A DNA stretch of 32,000 bases from an archaeon (lineage in GTDB: Archaea > Iainarchaeota > Iainarchaeia > Iainarchaeales > CSSED10-239). Positions 31,801 through 32,000 of the stretch are shown here, piece after piece (within the stretch, counting starts at the first letter, position 1; the number at the start of each line of letters is the position of its first letter). The notes beneath the pieces were generated by a model. That model was given only the letters and a program-made list of their open reading frames with translations, ran no database searches and had not been told where the DNA came from. The stretch is from NCBI GenBank assembly GCA_035390665.1, contig DAOOUC010000003.1, positions 91,056 through 123,055 on the forward strand. Reading direction: 5' to 3'. The translations under genes and the position numbers were made by a program.

Positions 31801-32000
31801 ATTGTTACAGGCGTTATATTTCCTAACGTGTCTGTAATTACTGGATCAGGAACATCTATTACGATTTCAGGCAAATCCGTTTCTGAATCGCCCTCTGAAG
31901 AATTTACAAGTAAATTCCCGTCTTCTACTTGATTTTGTGAAGTTTGAGGTAATGCAGGTATTTGAATTCCTATAACATAGCCAAATTCATAATTTATTTC
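25833..32000 (-). CDS. G1: giant modular extracellular protein, partial (N-terminus beyond window)
   Basis: The track starts this ORF at TTG 31874, but the frame stays open upstream to 32000 (...EINYEFGYVIGIQIPALPQTSQNQVEDGNLLVNSSEGDSETD-LPEIVIDVPDP...), so it is a partial CDS of at least 2055 aa. Contains five A modules and two B modules, and a C-terminal block shared with G3 and G6. Confidence 0.94.
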   Translation of the reverse strand, partial: EINYEFGYVIGIQIPALPQTSQNQVEDGNLLVNSSEGDSETDLPEIVIDVPDPVITDTLGNITPVTIEQVQPTLNTNVGQIYTTGSSSIVTSNGNFYCATPEKTVDYRQNRMEFSANTAIYNNQLNVNAGRIQEAKKIKTVDINITIPADLLDSTNNFKDNGVDARACFTANLNSKLQGTELEPILNSRNSRQVLDNVFSQTKGYISVNKVFYVLSINTSGILEVCVSRPLSEITNEEMILSNESIKKSYSSNTERKTYVIDDPDSFLESVTYFFGLKKKKQLEINFNVSAGLTQLNCVPPANSNGGVLDYITSVNVNSTETGKGCRVKVELNNSFLPQENMNALAVEEFFPHILVTEATQNKAENFKTMEQLVDDQRDGARNIFRLYGENQKKSFVYKAPAYNTTYDFTVPESVCNNETNTMDAVVFLPMKSSKFLRALGDFWSWLLYVGSFTIYDSRNENYFDNKYNNVYSSLGALDLSRDSQRIAETNNLYNLDYLYNISVTKVEDTAISGTLPQISTNIPDKNFLCAEKEITLKKRLRDLDFNERNTKFVSNPEAINLTTDNTQINIFVNSDFLSEVEDFKENENDARVCFETAIPQSILTELQTNNVLENKDSVLANGNVISVIKINDSKLSVCFIRPLNKLEDYESIINDVKYKNNNLTIEEIYDKENGRQKNGSAIFSLKTALTPLSCVPRSTMSYVDFNVEETTVNVTETGKSCYVDIKLKDDFWTPERISELENEDFYPHILITKSDNLKEKNYRNLNNLINERKRNAGNIFQLYGYNVNPETNFVYKADKFKTEYNFIVPDTVCDNTVNSVDMIIYAPIHSSKFFEIIERVMGWMVYIFTFTLVDIRDRSLLDYQYDNVYSSTDKLDIGSDSSQIIAKLNEGYSFYNLGVLNNKTVTKTDPSTITQNLPTASTIVDESKFNCVREPKTIQQRLDLGFNNRTANFIYDSDSLKLTILKSMIYVDINSDYLSKTTNFRENGTDARVCFVKTINIENYDFKNNYTSNFVNAQIISQIKIIKGNQDINIQVCISRPVTELTDNERMINDIKYKSDIRYTNNSRVNGNNLNIESIFDLERNNVDTNSYIFSLKAVLAPLDCTSEEEETGNKQTFDCVIPEKSFSFRKRLPFNEETSRYYFHKAKDAIKLSEEIVALEDDMLVYDINIDSEYINKVGNFKENGTDARVCFVKTLDGDVIDNLNISGTYIDTQEDILDNGIILIKLKTIRDNSNKLEICLSRPTRRLMEQESKIRNLYSSKEYTLNAVKKFLGIDFLRKDEELRKVVFRINTEVPSLGCNSNGVESELQTKVAFDCLISEPTLAERKEMDYNSGNTKFYYATGAMTFNQNTNPQEMNVQINLNKEYLANIYNFKENGKDARVCFVENIANISTNHFISSLYYIKDQTIMTTRGDVIFKLESLEDTREVRFCISRPVRRLTEIESKITNLRFSQPYDYMLKEEFLSIDWLNKDRRLKNINFSVADFNLAELDCIDPNDNQNVPLDVKYISTPSIEGFCYDPMGFNSNSGYTGERNYYDYGFNRLLLKWNESEMTHNNCDYGFYCDQDQLKITLLKKIEILNSSNKYTLDEVTFKTENNIISENTLLKTDGLFKDSVIDSLSITDLRRVSLSEYTTAIDVLIAKLPTDLREIIILKSTVTPDTDLNAETITNFITIFTDNNFTKINDDYYFSVKSHLRAQPTIQNFFNAADQNTQLRFIAFNTKILRNLNIYYGDALNPVVVNTKTFNSTNIGITNEIFTGTGDFLTTQKALPFSESSEVTNINSPRTVKIFIETPTEPKVSIKESDLSSILNYYEQSKYLKYKSNMLFTNPINAYYFNYTGKLFKESETGISKETEIITNHDIWSKGQDGYLLSISTRGNGIHGIIYKNIRPIQIISKTNNSYLLQYTNAGNEAKSLDRNMFWYDNIDAKLLEIKPITGNNRYLLQNGKSYKTTIFAFVNCPTQKIELFTKRPIQTNYKFTFAVPSALISEIPEKEYFVIPGNIVNEKFRPDELQNINSVFNNITSQNVCFNFYDANRISLWYNPEKVNEESQ
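29270..29900 (-). repeat. B module copy 2 in G1
   Basis: TTVNVTETGKSCYVDIKLKDDFWTPE...EDFYPHILITKS...AGNIFQLYGYNVNPETNFVYKADKFKTEYNFIVPDTVCDN...SSKFFEIIERVMGWMVYIFTFTLVDIRDR...DYQYDNVYSS...NKTVTK. Confidence 0.85.
30480..31080 (-). repeat. B module copy 1 in G1
   Basis: VNVNSTETGKGCRVKVELNN...EEFFPHILVTEA...ARNIFRLYGENQKKSFVYKAPAYNTTYDFTVPESVCNN...SSKFLRALGDFWSWLLYVGSFTIYDSR...DNKYNNVYSS...YLYNISVTK. Confidence 0.85.

Noticed and set aside
1-32000. Phage tail-fibre, toxin-complex or secretion-system island
   Set aside because: No tail, portal, ATPase, protease, Rhs or TcdB-like signature seen; only anchored/secreted beta-rich proteins. The host-cell surface interpretation fits better, though a full HMM search would be needed.
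1-32000. tRNA, rRNA or structured ncRNA
   Set aside because: No GTTCRA/T-arm or rRNA-like GC-rich conserved stretches; intergenic space is almost nil.

Overview
This 32 kb, very AT-rich window reads as a single-strand (minus) array of nine very large or secreted surface-type proteins. I see no recognisable cytoplasmic, housekeeping, RNA, CRISPR or transposase gene. Transcription runs from 32000 towards 1. TATA-like elements (TATTTAAATA, TATAAATATA), GGTGA/AGGTGG ribosome-binding sites, many N-x-S/T sequons and AGA-biased arginine codons suggest an archaeon, possibly DPANN-like (inference). Gene order in transcription direction, numbered G1 to G9: G1, giant repeat protein (open at the window edge, at least 2055 aa); G2, secreted Cys-rich protein; terminator-like hairpin and promoter; G3, 2514 aa N-anchored giant with Ig/CarboxypepD_reg-like repeats and an internal hydrophobic hairpin; G4, small secreted protein; G5, secreted Gly-rich/YCPxC protein; G6, 1991 aa N-anchored giant; intergenic gap with promoter; G7, secreted protein; G8, secreted Gly-rich/YCPxC protein; G9, N-anchored giant (at least 1524 aa, truncated at position 1 and missing from the supplied ORF track). 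The most notable observations are: (i) a diverged tandem duplication of a three-gene cassette, G4-G5-G6 versus G7-G8-G9; (ii) a C-terminal module with a W/Cys/CDxxQ signature and a terminal C...W motif that recurs in G1, G3 and G6, whose upstream regions differ; (iii) a new-looking A-B-A-B-A-A-A modular repeat in G1; (iv) a Gly/Ala-rich transmembrane-like hairpin inside the presumed extracellular part of G3. Together these look like an undescribed multi-protein cell-surface, attachment or envelope apparatus. The function is inference only.
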